IMG/VR virus record: IMGVR_UViG_3300042446_001440
Span: 1 to 64,000 of that record
Reading direction: 5' to 3' (one strand)
From: a virus
DNA length: 64,000 nt
Under the pieces are notes generated by a model, which did not search any database, was not told the origin of the DNA, and saw only the letters and a program-made list of their open reading frames with translations. Positions within the stretch are counted from its first letter, which is position 1; every line of letters begins with the position of its first letter. Positions 37,542 to 47,489 of this stretch are shown here, in pieces. Position numbers and translations under genes: made by a program.

Positions 37542-38873
37542 ATGGCAATTGTATATCGCGTAACGAATGCTCCTAATACAGGAAGTTCATTCATTAAAAA
37601 CACTACATTAACATACGCTGAAGGTGATGGTAACTTCGCTGTATTGGAAAATTTATCTTCCTCTTACGTCGCTTTTATCCGCTCGTATAATACGGGTTCA
37701 TTTACTGGATCCTTTACAGGTTCACTTCTTGGAACGGCGTCATATGCTAACCACAGTAATAGCGCATCATATGCCGCTACATCGTCTTATGCAAAATATG
37801 CTGAAACATCATCATATGCCACCTCATTCACTGTAGCTAATACATTAACTGCCCAAACAATAATAGTTCAAACTATTACTTCAAGTGTTGAATTCGTAAC
37901 TGGATCTACAAGATTTGGAAGTCTTATAGGTAATACTCATATATTTACAGGAAGTGTAAGTGTTAGTGGTAGCATAACAGGAACTAACGGAGTGGTTAAT
38001 AATTTAACTGCATCTTGGGCTATATCTAGTTCGTATGCAAGTAATAGCGTTAGCGGTTCATATGCCATTTCCGCATCTTATTCAAATAATAGTACAAGTG
38101 CCTCTTATTCAAATAATAGTACATCAGCATCTTATGCTTTAACTGCTTCATATTCAAACAACAGTACAAGTGCCTCTTATGCATTAACCTCTTCATATTC
38201 TAAATATGCTGAGACATCATCATATGCTACTAGTTTTAGCGTAGCTAATAACTTAGTAGTAGGGGGTACAATAACAAGTGGTGGAACGGCAGTGGTATTA
38301 GGAAGTGGAACTACAAACACCGTACCAAAGTTTACAGCAGCAAGTACAATAGGGGATAGTAATATAAAAGATAATGGAACTGTAGTAAGTATTAACGCCA
38401 CAGCAGGTAGTTTTGGAGCACTTCAAGTTGGTAGCTACAATGGTAATATCTTAATGAATACTAATAATACATCTGCTGGTTTAATATTTCAAAATACTGA
38501 TTCTTCTAATAAATTATGGGATTTTTCTTCTTATAACAATAACCTATCTTTTAATGAATCAAATATTGGTGTTGTAATGTTACTTCAAGCAGGAGGAAAT
38601 GTAGGTATAAGACAACCAAACCCAACAGCTGCACTTCATGTATCAGGAACAGTAAGATTTCCAGATTTAACATCAACATCAGGATTATCAAATATAGTAA
38701 TGACTGATCTTTCAACAGGACAACTTCACTACACAGCATCATCTATGTTTGTAACAAATATAAATGATACCTATGCAGCAACACCAGCAATAACAAACAT
38801 AATCACTTTATCAGCAGCTGAATACAGTAGTATAGGAGCTCCTTCATCAAACACACTTTACGTGATAATATAA
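37542..38873 (+). CDS. Fibre-like virion protein with SASYA repeats
   Basis: N-terminal LTYAEGDGNF; ASY repeats; GNVGI..PNP.AALHVSG; C-terminal SAAEY....SNTLYVI; shares a module with the 125..2695 fibre. Confidence 0.75.
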   Translation: MAIVYRVTNAPNTGSSFIKNTTLTYAEGDGNFAVLENLSSSYVAFIRSYNTGSFTGSFTGSLLGTASYANHSNSASYAATSSYAKYAETSSYATSFTVANTLTAQTIIVQTITSSVEFVTGSTRFGSLIGNTHIFTGSVSVSGSITGTNGVVNNLTASWAISSSYASNSVSGSYAISASYSNNSTSASYSNNSTSASYALTASYSNNSTSASYALTSSYSKYAETSSYATSFSVANNLVVGGTITSGGTAVVLGSGTTNTVPKFTAASTIGDSNIKDNGTVVSINATAGSFGALQVGSYNGNILMNTNNTSAGLIFQNTDSSNKLWDFSSYNNNLSFNESNIGVVMLLQAGGNVGIRQPNPTAALHVSGTVRFPDLTSTSGLSNIVMTDLSTGQLHYTASSMFVTNINDTYAATPAITNIITLSAAEYSSIGAPSSNTLYVII

Positions 38874-38877
38874 ATGT

Positions 38878-39570
38878 ATGGGTAGTTTAAAAGTAGGTAC
38901 AACATTAAGGGATACAATAGGTCAATTAAAATTAGGAAGTAGCAATGTAACAGCTATGTATAACGGTAGCGTACAAGTATTTCCATCAGCGACTACAACA
39001 ACAACTAGCACAACTACTACAACAACAACGGCAGCACCAACTACAACGACAACAACAACTACTACAACTGCAGCACCAACAACTACAACAACAACAACTA
39101 CAACGGCTGCACCAACAACAACTACAACAACAACTGCGGCACCAACTACAACTACAACAACAACGGCTGCACCAACAACAACTAGTACAACTACAAGTAC
39201 AACAACTGTTCCTCCATCAACTGTAGACGTTACTCTACAATATGATGGTTTAGCATGGGAAATTTACGCCTCAATACCATTCTCATCCCCATCAACACTT
39301 GATGATTTAAATTTCTATGGAACAGCAACTGGTTATTCTTCAGCAGGATGTATTAATGTCACAAGCACGCAAGGCTTCTCAATTACTTTATTAGCAGGTA
39401 ATACTTCGACACATACTGAACTTGGAACAAACCCACCATTAGATTGGGAAAGTATGAAAGTTACAACATTGTATGTAGAGGGTGAATTAATAACTACTAC
39501 TCCACAAAGTATAGTAGTAAACGGCCATACTTATATAATAACAGGATACGGAAATTGCTTTAACGCATAA
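38878..39570 (+). CDS. Fibre-partner protein with mucin-like Thr tract
   Basis: N-terminal LKLGSSNVTAMYNGSVQVF; five Tn-AAP units; small C-terminal beta domain with 2 Cys. Confidence 0.7.
   Translation: MGSLKVGTTLRDTIGQLKLGSSNVTAMYNGSVQVFPSATTTTTSTTTTTTTAAPTTTTTTTTTTAAPTTTTTTTTTAAPTTTTTTTAAPTTTTTTTAAPTTTSTTTSTTTVPPSTVDVTLQYDGLAWEIYASIPFSSPSTLDDLNFYGTATGYSSAGCINVTSTQGFSITLLAGNTSTHTELGTNPPLDWESMKVTTLYVEGELITTTPQSIVVNGHTYIITGYGNCFNA
38990..39210 (+). repeat. Coding repeat, poly-Thr units separated by AAP
   Basis: Mixed ACA/ACT/ACG codons, five AAP spacers. Confidence 0.9.
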
Positions 39571-39585
39571 CATATAAAAATTTAA

Positions 39586-39618
39586 GTTGGGAACTGCAAA
39601 GTTCCCTTCTTATATTTA
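39586..39618 (+). promoter_or_regulatory. GCAA-tetraloop hairpin overlapping a promoter upstream of polB
   Basis: GGGAACT-gcaa-AGTTCCC; GTTG, 21 nt, TATATTTA. Confidence 0.55.
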
Positions 39619-39622
39619 ACGT

Positions 39623-42211
39623 ATGTATCAATCAATATATTACGATCGCCCAACATACACTTATTATCTAAGAGATGATGAGAAAGGCTGGCTCGATTTT
39701 AAATACACTCCCGAGCTATATAAGATAACTCCAAATGGACCTTTAGAAACACTAGATGGTAAACGTGCTACACCTGTAGAAAAATACGAATGGAGAGACA
39801 TTTCATTATATGAACAAGACGTTGATAAATGTACTCGCGTACTAATTGACCTATATAAAGACAGTGATGATGCTCCTAAATTTCAAAACATAGTATACTT
39901 TGATATTGAGTGTGAGATTGGAGGGACATTAACATCAGAATACATTAAAACAGCACCTATGAAGATGACTTCAGTTGCTATATATGATTCTACTACTAAA
40001 AAACACTACTGCCTAATACTAGATGAAAAACAACAACTTACATCTATAGAAGAAGAAAATAGACAAATAAAACCTTACCGTACCGAAGCAGATATGCTCT
40101 CAGCATTTCTAGACTTATGGAAATATCTAGACCCAACCATCATTACAGGATGGAATAGTGGATTCTTCGATGTACCCTATCTGTATTATAGACTATGCAA
40201 TGTGCTAGGTAAAGATCAAGCTGCTCGCTTATCTCCAATTCGCAAATTTAACTTCACTGAATGGGATACATCTCAACCTATTGAAATAGGAGGTATTAAC
40301 CATCTAGATTACATGTTATTATTTAAAAAGTACATTGTAAAGCAAGAACCATCATATAAATTAAATGATGTAGGAGAAAAATACGTTAAATTAGGTAAAG
40401 TAGAATACGAAGGATCATTAGATAAGTTATTCGTAGATGATATAAATAAATTTATAGAATACAATATTCGTGACGTTGAAATTATCATTGAATTAGAGAA
40501 GAAATTAAAGTTCATGGATTTAACAGTAGCAATCTGTCATCTATGTCACGTACCCTACGAAAATATCTACCTATCAACAGTATTGAATGATGGAGCTATA
40601 TTGACTTATCTTAAACGTCAAGGTATAGTATCACCAAATAAACCAACTACAATCAATCCAATACTGAAAGAGAGCAACAATGATGAATATGCAGGTGGAT
40701 ACTTAAAAGACCCAGTACCCGGATTATACGAGTGGGTTATTGATTTGGACTTTACCTCCCTATACCCCTGCATCATCCGCTCACTCAATATCGGAATTGA
40801 AACATTAATAGGTAGAATCGTAAATAATGGTAAATATGATAATCATTGGACGTATGCTGAACTAAAGGAAATGGATCCTACTGACTTAGTAGTGATTGAA
40901 CGATTAAATGAAGACTTTACCTTATCTCGCTCACAAGTAGCAGTAAGTAAGATATTGAACATGATAGAAGCAAACGCTTGGATTACAGCAGCATCAGGAG
41001 CAATATTTCAAACTACTAAATCATCAGTAGTATGTGAAGTATTAACTGATTGGTTCAATAAGCGTGTTGAATATAAAAACATGATGAAAGCAGCATATAA
41101 AGCTGGAGATACAGTTAAATATGAATTCTACCATCGATTACAACACGCTTATAAGATTAAATTAAATGACGTTTATGGATGCTATGCTATCAACAGCTGG
41201 AGATACACAGACGGACATAAAATAATATCCTCAGCAATTACATTAACAGGACAAAGACTAATCCAAGAATCAATCATATTCGTAAATAAGTGGTTAAATA
41301 CACAATTACAAACTGAAGGTAAAGATTACGTAGTAACATCCGATACCGATTCACTATTCGTTCAAGTTAAAGACTTAGCATTACGTCGTAATCCTGATCT
41401 AGCTACTGCTAGTAAAGAAGAATGGGTAACTAATATCTTAGAAATCACAACTGAAATACAAAAAGCAGCAAATGATTATATTTCTACCTTCGTTAGGAAA
41501 ACATTTAACATACTAGATAATAGAGAGCATTACTTAGAATTAAAACAAGAAGTAGTCATTGAACGAGGATACTTTGCAGGTAAACGTCGTTATGCGATGG
41601 CAATTGTAAATAAAGAAGGCCTACCTGTAGATGAAATGGTGATGATGGGATTAGATATGATGAAATCAAATATGCCTCCACTATACAAGAAATTTGGACA
41701 CGGACTATTAACAGAAATAATGGCTGGTAAACCCAAATCCGAAATTGATAAATGTATAGTAGATTTCAAAACATCACTAGATCAACTACCCTGGAGCGAG
41801 TTAGCAAGACCAACAGGCGTTAAACAAATAAACTCATACATCGCTAAACGTCCATCACCAGGCGAAATATTCAGTGAATTTAAATTAAAAGCACCTATTA
41901 ACACAAAGGCAGCAGTATATTATAATGATTTGCTAAAATTCAAGAAAGCGGATAAAACATTCACAAGATTTACAGAAGGCGATAAGATGAAATATGTATC
42001 ATTGAAGCCCAATCCCTTTAACATTAACGTAATAGGTTTTACTGGATATAATGATCCTGAATTTATCACATCCTTCATAGATAAGTATGTAGATAGAGAG
42101 GATGCATTTAACTCAGTACTATTAAATAAGTTAACTGGCATATACAGTGATCTAGGTTGGGACTTCCCCGTATTAAACGCTAAAGTCTTAAAATTCTTTA
42201 AATTCAATTAA
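39623..42211 (+). CDS. Family B DNA polymerase (T4 gp43-like)
   Basis: ExoI FDIECE; TGWNS.FFD; YNIRDV; DFTSLYP; K..LN.VYG; SDTDS; KRRY. Confidence 0.96.
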   Translation: MYQSIYYDRPTYTYYLRDDEKGWLDFKYTPELYKITPNGPLETLDGKRATPVEKYEWRDISLYEQDVDKCTRVLIDLYKDSDDAPKFQNIVYFDIECEIGGTLTSEYIKTAPMKMTSVAIYDSTTKKHYCLILDEKQQLTSIEEENRQIKPYRTEADMLSAFLDLWKYLDPTIITGWNSGFFDVPYLYYRLCNVLGKDQAARLSPIRKFNFTEWDTSQPIEIGGINHLDYMLLFKKYIVKQEPSYKLNDVGEKYVKLGKVEYEGSLDKLFVDDINKFIEYNIRDVEIIIELEKKLKFMDLTVAICHLCHVPYENIYLSTVLNDGAILTYLKRQGIVSPNKPTTINPILKESNNDEYAGGYLKDPVPGLYEWVIDLDFTSLYPCIIRSLNIGIETLIGRIVNNGKYDNHWTYAELKEMDPTDLVVIERLNEDFTLSRSQVAVSKILNMIEANAWITAASGAIFQTTKSSVVCEVLTDWFNKRVEYKNMMKAAYKAGDTVKYEFYHRLQHAYKIKLNDVYGCYAINSWRYTDGHKIISSAITLTGQRLIQESIIFVNKWLNTQLQTEGKDYVVTSDTDSLFVQVKDLALRRNPDLATASKEEWVTNILEITTEIQKAANDYISTFVRKTFNILDNREHYLELKQEVVIERGYFAGKRRYAMAIVNKEGLPVDEMVMMGLDMMKSNMPPLYKKFGHGLLTEIMAGKPKSEIDKCIVDFKTSLDQLPWSELARPTGVKQINSYIAKRPSPGEIFSEFKLKAPINTKAAVYYNDLLKFKKADKTFTRFTEGDKMKYVSLKPNPFNINVIGFTGYNDPEFITSFIDKYVDREDAFNSVLLNKLTGIYSDLGWDFPVLNAKVLKFFKFN

Positions 42212-42213
42212 CA

Positions 42214-42444
42214 ATGATCCGTCTAAACGAGAGTACCAAGCAAATAAGAGTAGATACAAGTATTAAAATTATAGAGCAAGACGGTACTGAGGTGACGGCA
42301 TTAGTAACAGTATTGGTAGGGGTAAATAGAGTAAAAGAAGACAAATGGTACAATATATACAAAATTGCAAATACACTATTCAATAAAGATTTCATATTGG
42401 ATAGGCGGTTAACGCCTAAGAAATCATGGTGGAAAATTTGGTAA
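42214..42444 (+). CDS. Hypothetical protein
   Basis: 76 aa, ends KKSWWKIW. Confidence 0.55.
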   Translation: MIRLNESTKQIRVDTSIKIIEQDGTEVTALVTVLVGVNRVKEDKWYNIYKIANTLFNKDFILDRRLTPKKSWWKIW

Positions 42445-42468
42445 GTCACAATAAAAGTTATATATTTA
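42437..42468 (+). promoter_or_regulatory. Bacteroidota-type promoter
   Basis: TTTG at 42437-40, 20 nt, TATATTTA at 42461-68. Confidence 0.6.
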
Positions 42469-42472
42469 AGTT

Positions 42473-43198
42473 ATGAAAAAGTTATATTTAGAAGACGTTA
42501 TCGAAAAATACTATCTAGGTGGACTAGTAGAACGTGTTAAAATCAATATCAAAGATAAAACACTAACGACTAAATTCCTAGCTACTAAGAAAAATCTAGT
42601 AGGGACAATTACAGCTCCCAACATCGAATTAGAAGATTGCGAATTTGGTATATACGATACATCGCAACTACTAAAATTAATCGGTATTACAGATCATTTC
42701 CTAATGCTAAACGTTGAAAAGCATGGTAAAATAGCAAATAAGCTATTAATTGCAGACAACGAATTTAATCTAGAATATGCATTAGCCGATGTAATGTTAA
42801 CTCCATCAGTACCATCTATTGAAGAACCAGAATATGATATGCAAGCAGACGTAGATACTGACTTCGTATCTCGTTTCCTAAAAGCAGCTAAAGCATTAAA
42901 TACAGACGTGTTCATCGTTGAACAATCTACAGACGCAGAAGGCGAAAAAGCAATGAAGTTTACACTAGGTGGAACCGAAGGCTACACTAATAAAATTAAC
43001 TTTACATTACCCACACTAGTACATGGTAGAGTAGGTAAAATTACTAAATTTACATTAGAGGAATTCAATGAAATACTATTAGCAAATAAAGAATTTAAAG
43101 CAGGTAAATTAAGCATTAGTGTAGATGGATTATTAAAACTAGAATTTATCAACGAAGAAGGAGTAATAGCCTCTTATATTCTCGTCGGTAAGGAATAA
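42473..43198 (+). CDS. Sliding clamp (T4 gp45-like)
   Basis: EFGIYD.SQLL motif; size; position between polB and clamp loader. Confidence 0.75.
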   Translation: MKKLYLEDVIEKYYLGGLVERVKINIKDKTLTTKFLATKKNLVGTITAPNIELEDCEFGIYDTSQLLKLIGITDHFLMLNVEKHGKIANKLLIADNEFNLEYALADVMLTPSVPSIEEPEYDMQADVDTDFVSRFLKAAKALNTDVFIVEQSTDAEGEKAMKFTLGGTEGYTNKINFTLPTLVHGRVGKITKFTLEEFNEILLANKEFKAGKLSISVDGLLKLEFINEEGVIASYILVGKE

Positions 43199-43251
43199 TC
43201 TTCATATACGTATATACGCAAACACAAAGTTATAATAAATAAAAGTTACAA

Positions 43252-43542
43252 ATGACAATCAAACCGTTACATAACCACGTCGTGGTTAAACAAGTAGATG
43301 AAACCGAAACAATGTATGGTAATATCATCGTACCAGATGCAGGTAAAGAAAAACCACTAATGGGTGAAATTATCGCTACAGGCCCCGGCATCATCAACAT
43401 GAATGGAATATTAATTCCAAATACACTATTAGTAGGTCAAAAAGTAGTATTCCCATCATTTGGAGGACAACGCGTCTCTATAGGTGGAGAAGATTACCTA
43501 ATCTACAAAGAACAAGACATATTTGCAATTCTAGAAGACTAA
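43252..43542 (+). CDS. groS: Co-chaperonin GroES
   Basis: IKPLHNHVVVK; GNIIVPD..KEKP..G.I.A.GPG. Confidence 0.93.
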   Translation: MTIKPLHNHVVVKQVDETETMYGNIIVPDAGKEKPLMGEIIATGPGIINMNGILIPNTLLVGQKVVFPSFGGQRVSIGGEDYLIYKEQDIFAILED

Positions 43543-43553
43543 AACCAATATAA

Positions 43554-45185
43554 ATGAGTAAAATAATCAGTTTCGACCGCGAAGCAAAACAAAGGCTTCA
43601 AGCAGGTATCGACAAAGTAAACAAAGCAGTATCCGTTACAATGGGTCCCTTCGGACGTAACGTATTAATTGAAAAAGAACATGGCCAAGTAGCATCCACT
43701 AAAGATGGAGTTACCGTTTCAAGAACCATTACATTGGAAGATCCAATTGAAAACATGGCGGCTACAGTAATTAAACAAGCAGCAGAGAAAACAGTAAGTG
43801 CAGCAGGTGATGGAACAACAACATCAACCGTATTAGCTCATTCAATCGCTTCACAAGCTCTAGATGCTACATCATACCCATCAACAAACGCAACTCAAGT
43901 AAAGCGTGGTATCGAACAAGCAGTTAAAGTAGTAGTAGCGGAATTAAAGAAAATGTCTCGCCCTATCGAAAGCGAAGATCAAATTAAACAAATCGCTACA
44001 TTATCAGCTAATGGTGATGCTGAAATAGGTGAATTAGTAGCTACAGCATTAGATAAAGTAGGAAGAGACGGAGTCGTTACAGTAGAGGAATCGCGTACTG
44101 GGGAAACTAGTTTAGAAGTAGTAGAAGGTATGCAGTTTGATAGAGGTTACAAGTCACACTACATGGTAACAGACAACAACACAATGTCTGCTAACCTAGT
44201 AGATGCATTAGTATTACTAGTGGATGGTAGAATTTCAGCAGTGAAAGATCTATTACCGATTTTAGAATCAGTATCTAATGATAATAAATCATTATTGATT
44301 ATAGCTGAAGATATTGATGGTGAAGCACTAGCAACATTGATTGTAAATAAGATGAGAGGTATTTTGAAGGTAGCGGCTGTTAAAGCACCTGACTTTGGAG
44401 AACGTCGCTTATTAATCTTAGAAGACATTGCAACCATCACAGGTGGAACAGTAGTATCACCTCAAAAGGGAATGAAATTAGATAAATTCAATAAAACCTG
44501 GTTTGGATCTGCACGTACAATTACTGTAGGTAAGGATACAACTACAATTATTGATGGTAAAGGAGATACAACAGCAATCGAAACACGTGTATTAGAATTA
44601 AAAGCACAAATCGACAAATCAAGTTCACCATATGAAATTGAGAAACTACAAGAGCGCCTAGCTAAAATGATTGGTGGAGTAGCTATTATCAATGTAGGAG
44701 GAGGAACGGATATTGAGATGAAGGAAAAGAAAGATCGCCTTGATGATGCTCTACAAGCAACACAAGCAGCATTAGATGAAGGTATATTACCTGGAGCTGG
44801 AGTAGCATTATTGAATGCTAGAAAAGCACTTAAAGCAGATCTAGATGGTAAAAATGATATATCTAAAGGAGTAGCAATAGTGTTTGCAGCTTGTGGAAAA
44901 CCATTTAAACAAATTCTAGAAAACGCAGGTGAAGATGCTAGTGAATGGTTAATGTCCTTAAACATACATAGCGAAAACCTAGATCTAGTACCTGATATTG
45001 CAAAAGGAGCAGCAGTAGATGCCTTCGAAGCAGGAATCATTGATCCTACTAAAGTAGTAAGATCAGCATTAGAGAATGCAGCTGCAGCAGCAGTAACATT
45101 ACTGATGACAGAATGTGTAATCCATGATAAACCTGATACTAAGAAAAAGGTAGAAGACTTTGGGATGGCAGAGATGGGAATGTAA
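43554..45185 (+). CDS. groL: Chaperonin GroEL
   Basis: TMGPFGRNV; TKDGVTV; GDGTTT; EGMQFDRGY; AVKAPDFGE; GIIDPTKV. Confidence 0.98.
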   Translation: MSKIISFDREAKQRLQAGIDKVNKAVSVTMGPFGRNVLIEKEHGQVASTKDGVTVSRTITLEDPIENMAATVIKQAAEKTVSAAGDGTTTSTVLAHSIASQALDATSYPSTNATQVKRGIEQAVKVVVAELKKMSRPIESEDQIKQIATLSANGDAEIGELVATALDKVGRDGVVTVEESRTGETSLEVVEGMQFDRGYKSHYMVTDNNTMSANLVDALVLLVDGRISAVKDLLPILESVSNDNKSLLIIAEDIDGEALATLIVNKMRGILKVAAVKAPDFGERRLLILEDIATITGGTVVSPQKGMKLDKFNKTWFGSARTITVGKDTTTIIDGKGDTTAIETRVLELKAQIDKSSSPYEIEKLQERLAKMIGGVAIINVGGGTDIEMKEKKDRLDDALQATQAALDEGILPGAGVALLNARKALKADLDGKNDISKGVAIVFAACGKPFKQILENAGEDASEWLMSLNIHSENLDLVPDIAKGAAVDAFEAGIIDPTKVVRSALENAAAAAVTLLMTECVIHDKPDTKKKVEDFGMAEMGM

Positions 45186-45211
45186 TTTCACAGTACAATA
45201 AAAATATAGTT

Positions 45212-46150
45212 ATGAAGCAACACACGCTCTGGATAGAGAAATATAGATCACAAACCCTAGAACAATATATCGGAAATGATGCGATCAAAGATCGCATCGC
45301 CGATTGTATTGCTAAAAACGATATACCACACTTTATATTTAGTGGAACAGCAGGTACAGGTAAGACAACATTAGCTAAGCTAATAGTAAATAATATTAAA
45401 TGTGATTACCTCTACTTAAATGCTAGTGATGAAAATGGAATTGACATTATTAGAGATAAAGTAAAAGGCTTCGCATCATCAGCCTCATTTAATCCACTTA
45501 AAGTGATTATATTAGATGAAGCAGATTTCCTCACTCAACCTGCTCAAGCAGCACTTAGAAACATTATTGAAGAATATTCAATCAATACACGTTTTATTTT
45601 AACTTGTAATTATATTGAACGTTTAATTGAACCACTACAGTCCCGCTGTGAAATCAATATCCTAAAACCACCAACTAAAGGCGGTGTAGCTAAACATATC
45701 TGTACTAATGTATTAGATGTTGAAAAGATAACATATGAAATGAAGGATATAGCTCAGGTAGTAAATATGTTCTACCCTGATATTCGTTCCATTATTAAAG
45801 TACTACAACAAAATACTATACTTGATCATCTATCAGGAGAAAATATATTAGTAATAGATAAAATAGATAATAACTGGTGTAAGCAACTCGTTCAAATACT
45901 AAATAAACGCGATAAGGATGCTTGGTTTCAAATACGCCAACTTGTAGCAGATTCGCAAGTAGATGATTTTCAAATCGCTTATAGATATATGTTTGAACAT
46001 ATGCCTGAATTTAGTTATGGAAACGATGCTAATCTATCAGTTATATTAGATGATTTCATTTGGAGGTCATCAGTAGTACCTGATAAAGAAATTAACTTCG
46101 CAGCAGCAATCGCTAAAATATTAGACACAACCAAAAAACAAATATTATAA
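45212..46150 (+). CDS. Clamp loader ATPase subunit (gp44/RFC-like)
   Basis: LWIEKYR; GTAGTGKTT; LNASDE; ILDEAD; QSRC. Confidence 0.95.
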   Translation: MKQHTLWIEKYRSQTLEQYIGNDAIKDRIADCIAKNDIPHFIFSGTAGTGKTTLAKLIVNNIKCDYLYLNASDENGIDIIRDKVKGFASSASFNPLKVIILDEADFLTQPAQAALRNIIEEYSINTRFILTCNYIERLIEPLQSRCEINILKPPTKGGVAKHICTNVLDVEKITYEMKDIAQVVNMFYPDIRSIIKVLQQNTILDHLSGENILVIDKIDNNWCKQLVQILNKRDKDAWFQIRQLVADSQVDDFQIAYRYMFEHMPEFSYGNDANLSVILDDFIWRSSVVPDKEINFAAAIAKILDTTKKQIL

Positions 46151-46398
46151 TGGAACAACAACAGATGAATATTAGTCTAGATAAGACAACAGGAATATCA
46201 TGTAATGAATGTAAAGGTGAAGTATTTCAAGAAGGAGTGATGCTTAGAAAAGCATCTCGATTCTTAACAGGTACAGCACAAGACGCATTAGTACCAATTC
46301 AAGTATTCGTATGCGCTAAGTGTGGAAACGTAAATAATGAATTCCTACCTTTACAGTTAAGAACTGATGAAGTAGAAGTTATAGAAGAAAATAATTAA
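46150..46398 (+). CDS. Zinc-ribbon hypothetical protein
   Basis: CNEC ... CAKCG. Confidence 0.7.
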   Translation: MEQQQMNISLDKTTGISCNECKGEVFQEGVMLRKASRFLTGTAQDALVPIQVFVCAKCGNVNNEFLPLQLRTDEVEVIEENN

Positions 46399-46400
46399 CA

Positions 46401-46655
46401 ATGTTTAATATATTCAAACAAATAAAACAACTTAAAATGAAAAAAGAAGAGTTAGAATTGGAAAGAGAACAAATGTTAGAAGTTATACAGAAATTAAATG
46501 TTGCTACTAAACAACAAGATGCTTATATTTCTCAATTACGAGAAAATTTAGATGAAGCAATTGCTCGAGTAAAATACTTAGCTGGACAGCTTGATATGAA
46601 AGAAGCACAGAAAAAAGCATCAACCCAATTCAATGATAATAATAGAGATTATTAA
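46401..46655 (+). CDS. Coiled-coil hypothetical protein
   Basis: Heptad pattern. Confidence 0.55.
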   Translation: MFNIFKQIKQLKMKKEELELEREQMLEVIQKLNVATKQQDAYISQLRENLDEAIARVKYLAGQLDMKEAQKKASTQFNDNNRDY

Positions 46656-47035
46656 TGTCAACAATATTTGACCATATTAAAAATATTACCACTAATAAGG
46701 GTCCGTACCTGGGAGACGAGGGATGGAACAATTGGATGATCAATCGCTTCCTAAGTATGGACCCCGATTACTGTGAAGTAGTAAATATCGTTCAGAAGAA
46801 TACCTGGCAGATGAAGGGAGAAAATCTATATAACTTATATAAAGATCTTATTCCTAAACAATACAAGTATCTTAAGTATATTAAGGCATCTAAAAAGGTA
46901 GATTATAAACCTGAAGAGGTAGAAGCGGTACAAGTATACTTTGAAGTTAGTAAAAAAGAAGCTAAAGAATATATAAACATGCTTCCTAAAACTGAATTAG
47001 AAACAATCACATCTCAAATACATGGCGAAATGTAA
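46655..47035 (+). CDS. Clamp loader small subunit (gp62-like)
   Basis: WMINRFLSM.PD; IPK...YLKYIK; YFEVSKKEA.EY. Confidence 0.7.
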   Translation: MSTIFDHIKNITTNKGPYLGDEGWNNWMINRFLSMDPDYCEVVNIVQKNTWQMKGENLYNLYKDLIPKQYKYLKYIKASKKVDYKPEEVEAVQVYFEVSKKEAKEYINMLPKTELETITSQIHGEM

Positions 47036-47489
47036 TTTACATTCATGGGAAGGATCACCACAAGTAGACTATTGCTATCTGTGTGAACAAGAACAATATA
47101 AAATAAATGTTATGAACAACAGTACAATAAATGTAAAATCAGCTATATCACAATCGCTGATGGAAGAACTAGTGTATGGTTCTCTCGATAAGAATTTAAT
47201 GGCGGCTCTAGTTGAAGTAGCTACTCAGCTACCTAAAGACTCTATTACATGTGCAGTGATGGAAGATTTAAAACATAGAGCAGATCGTGGATTACAAAAA
47301 TATAATACCACACTAGGTGAAAATGATCATCAAAATATGCTACAACATGCATACGAAGAAGCTCTAGACATGGCTCAATACCTTAAGAAAGAGATCATTA
47401 CTTTAAATACTATTCAAGACTTAGTTAAGAAACATCCCAACGACACTGAATTAGGAATGCTAATACGAAACAAATATGGCAAAGCCTAA
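47022..47489 (+). CDS. Putative all-alpha NTP pyrophosphatase (MazG-like)
   Basis: R..RG..KY.TTL...D...LQHAYEEALD.A.YL, containing EExxD. Confidence 0.45.
   Translation: MAKCNLHSWEGSPQVDYCYLCEQEQYKINVMNNSTINVKSAISQSLMEELVYGSLDKNLMAALVEVATQLPKDSITCAVMEDLKHRADRGLQKYNTTLGENDHQNMLQHAYEEALDMAQYLKKEIITLNTIQDLVKKHPNDTELGMLIRNKYGKA

Noticed and set aside
125-38873. Diversity-generating retroelement behind the shared fibre blocks
   Set aside because: No reverse transcriptase in the window; differences are not adenine-specific and the blocks are N-terminal
24355-42211. Introns or inteins in nrdA, nrdB or polB
   Set aside because: The ORFs are continuous and of normal or short length, with no intein termini seen
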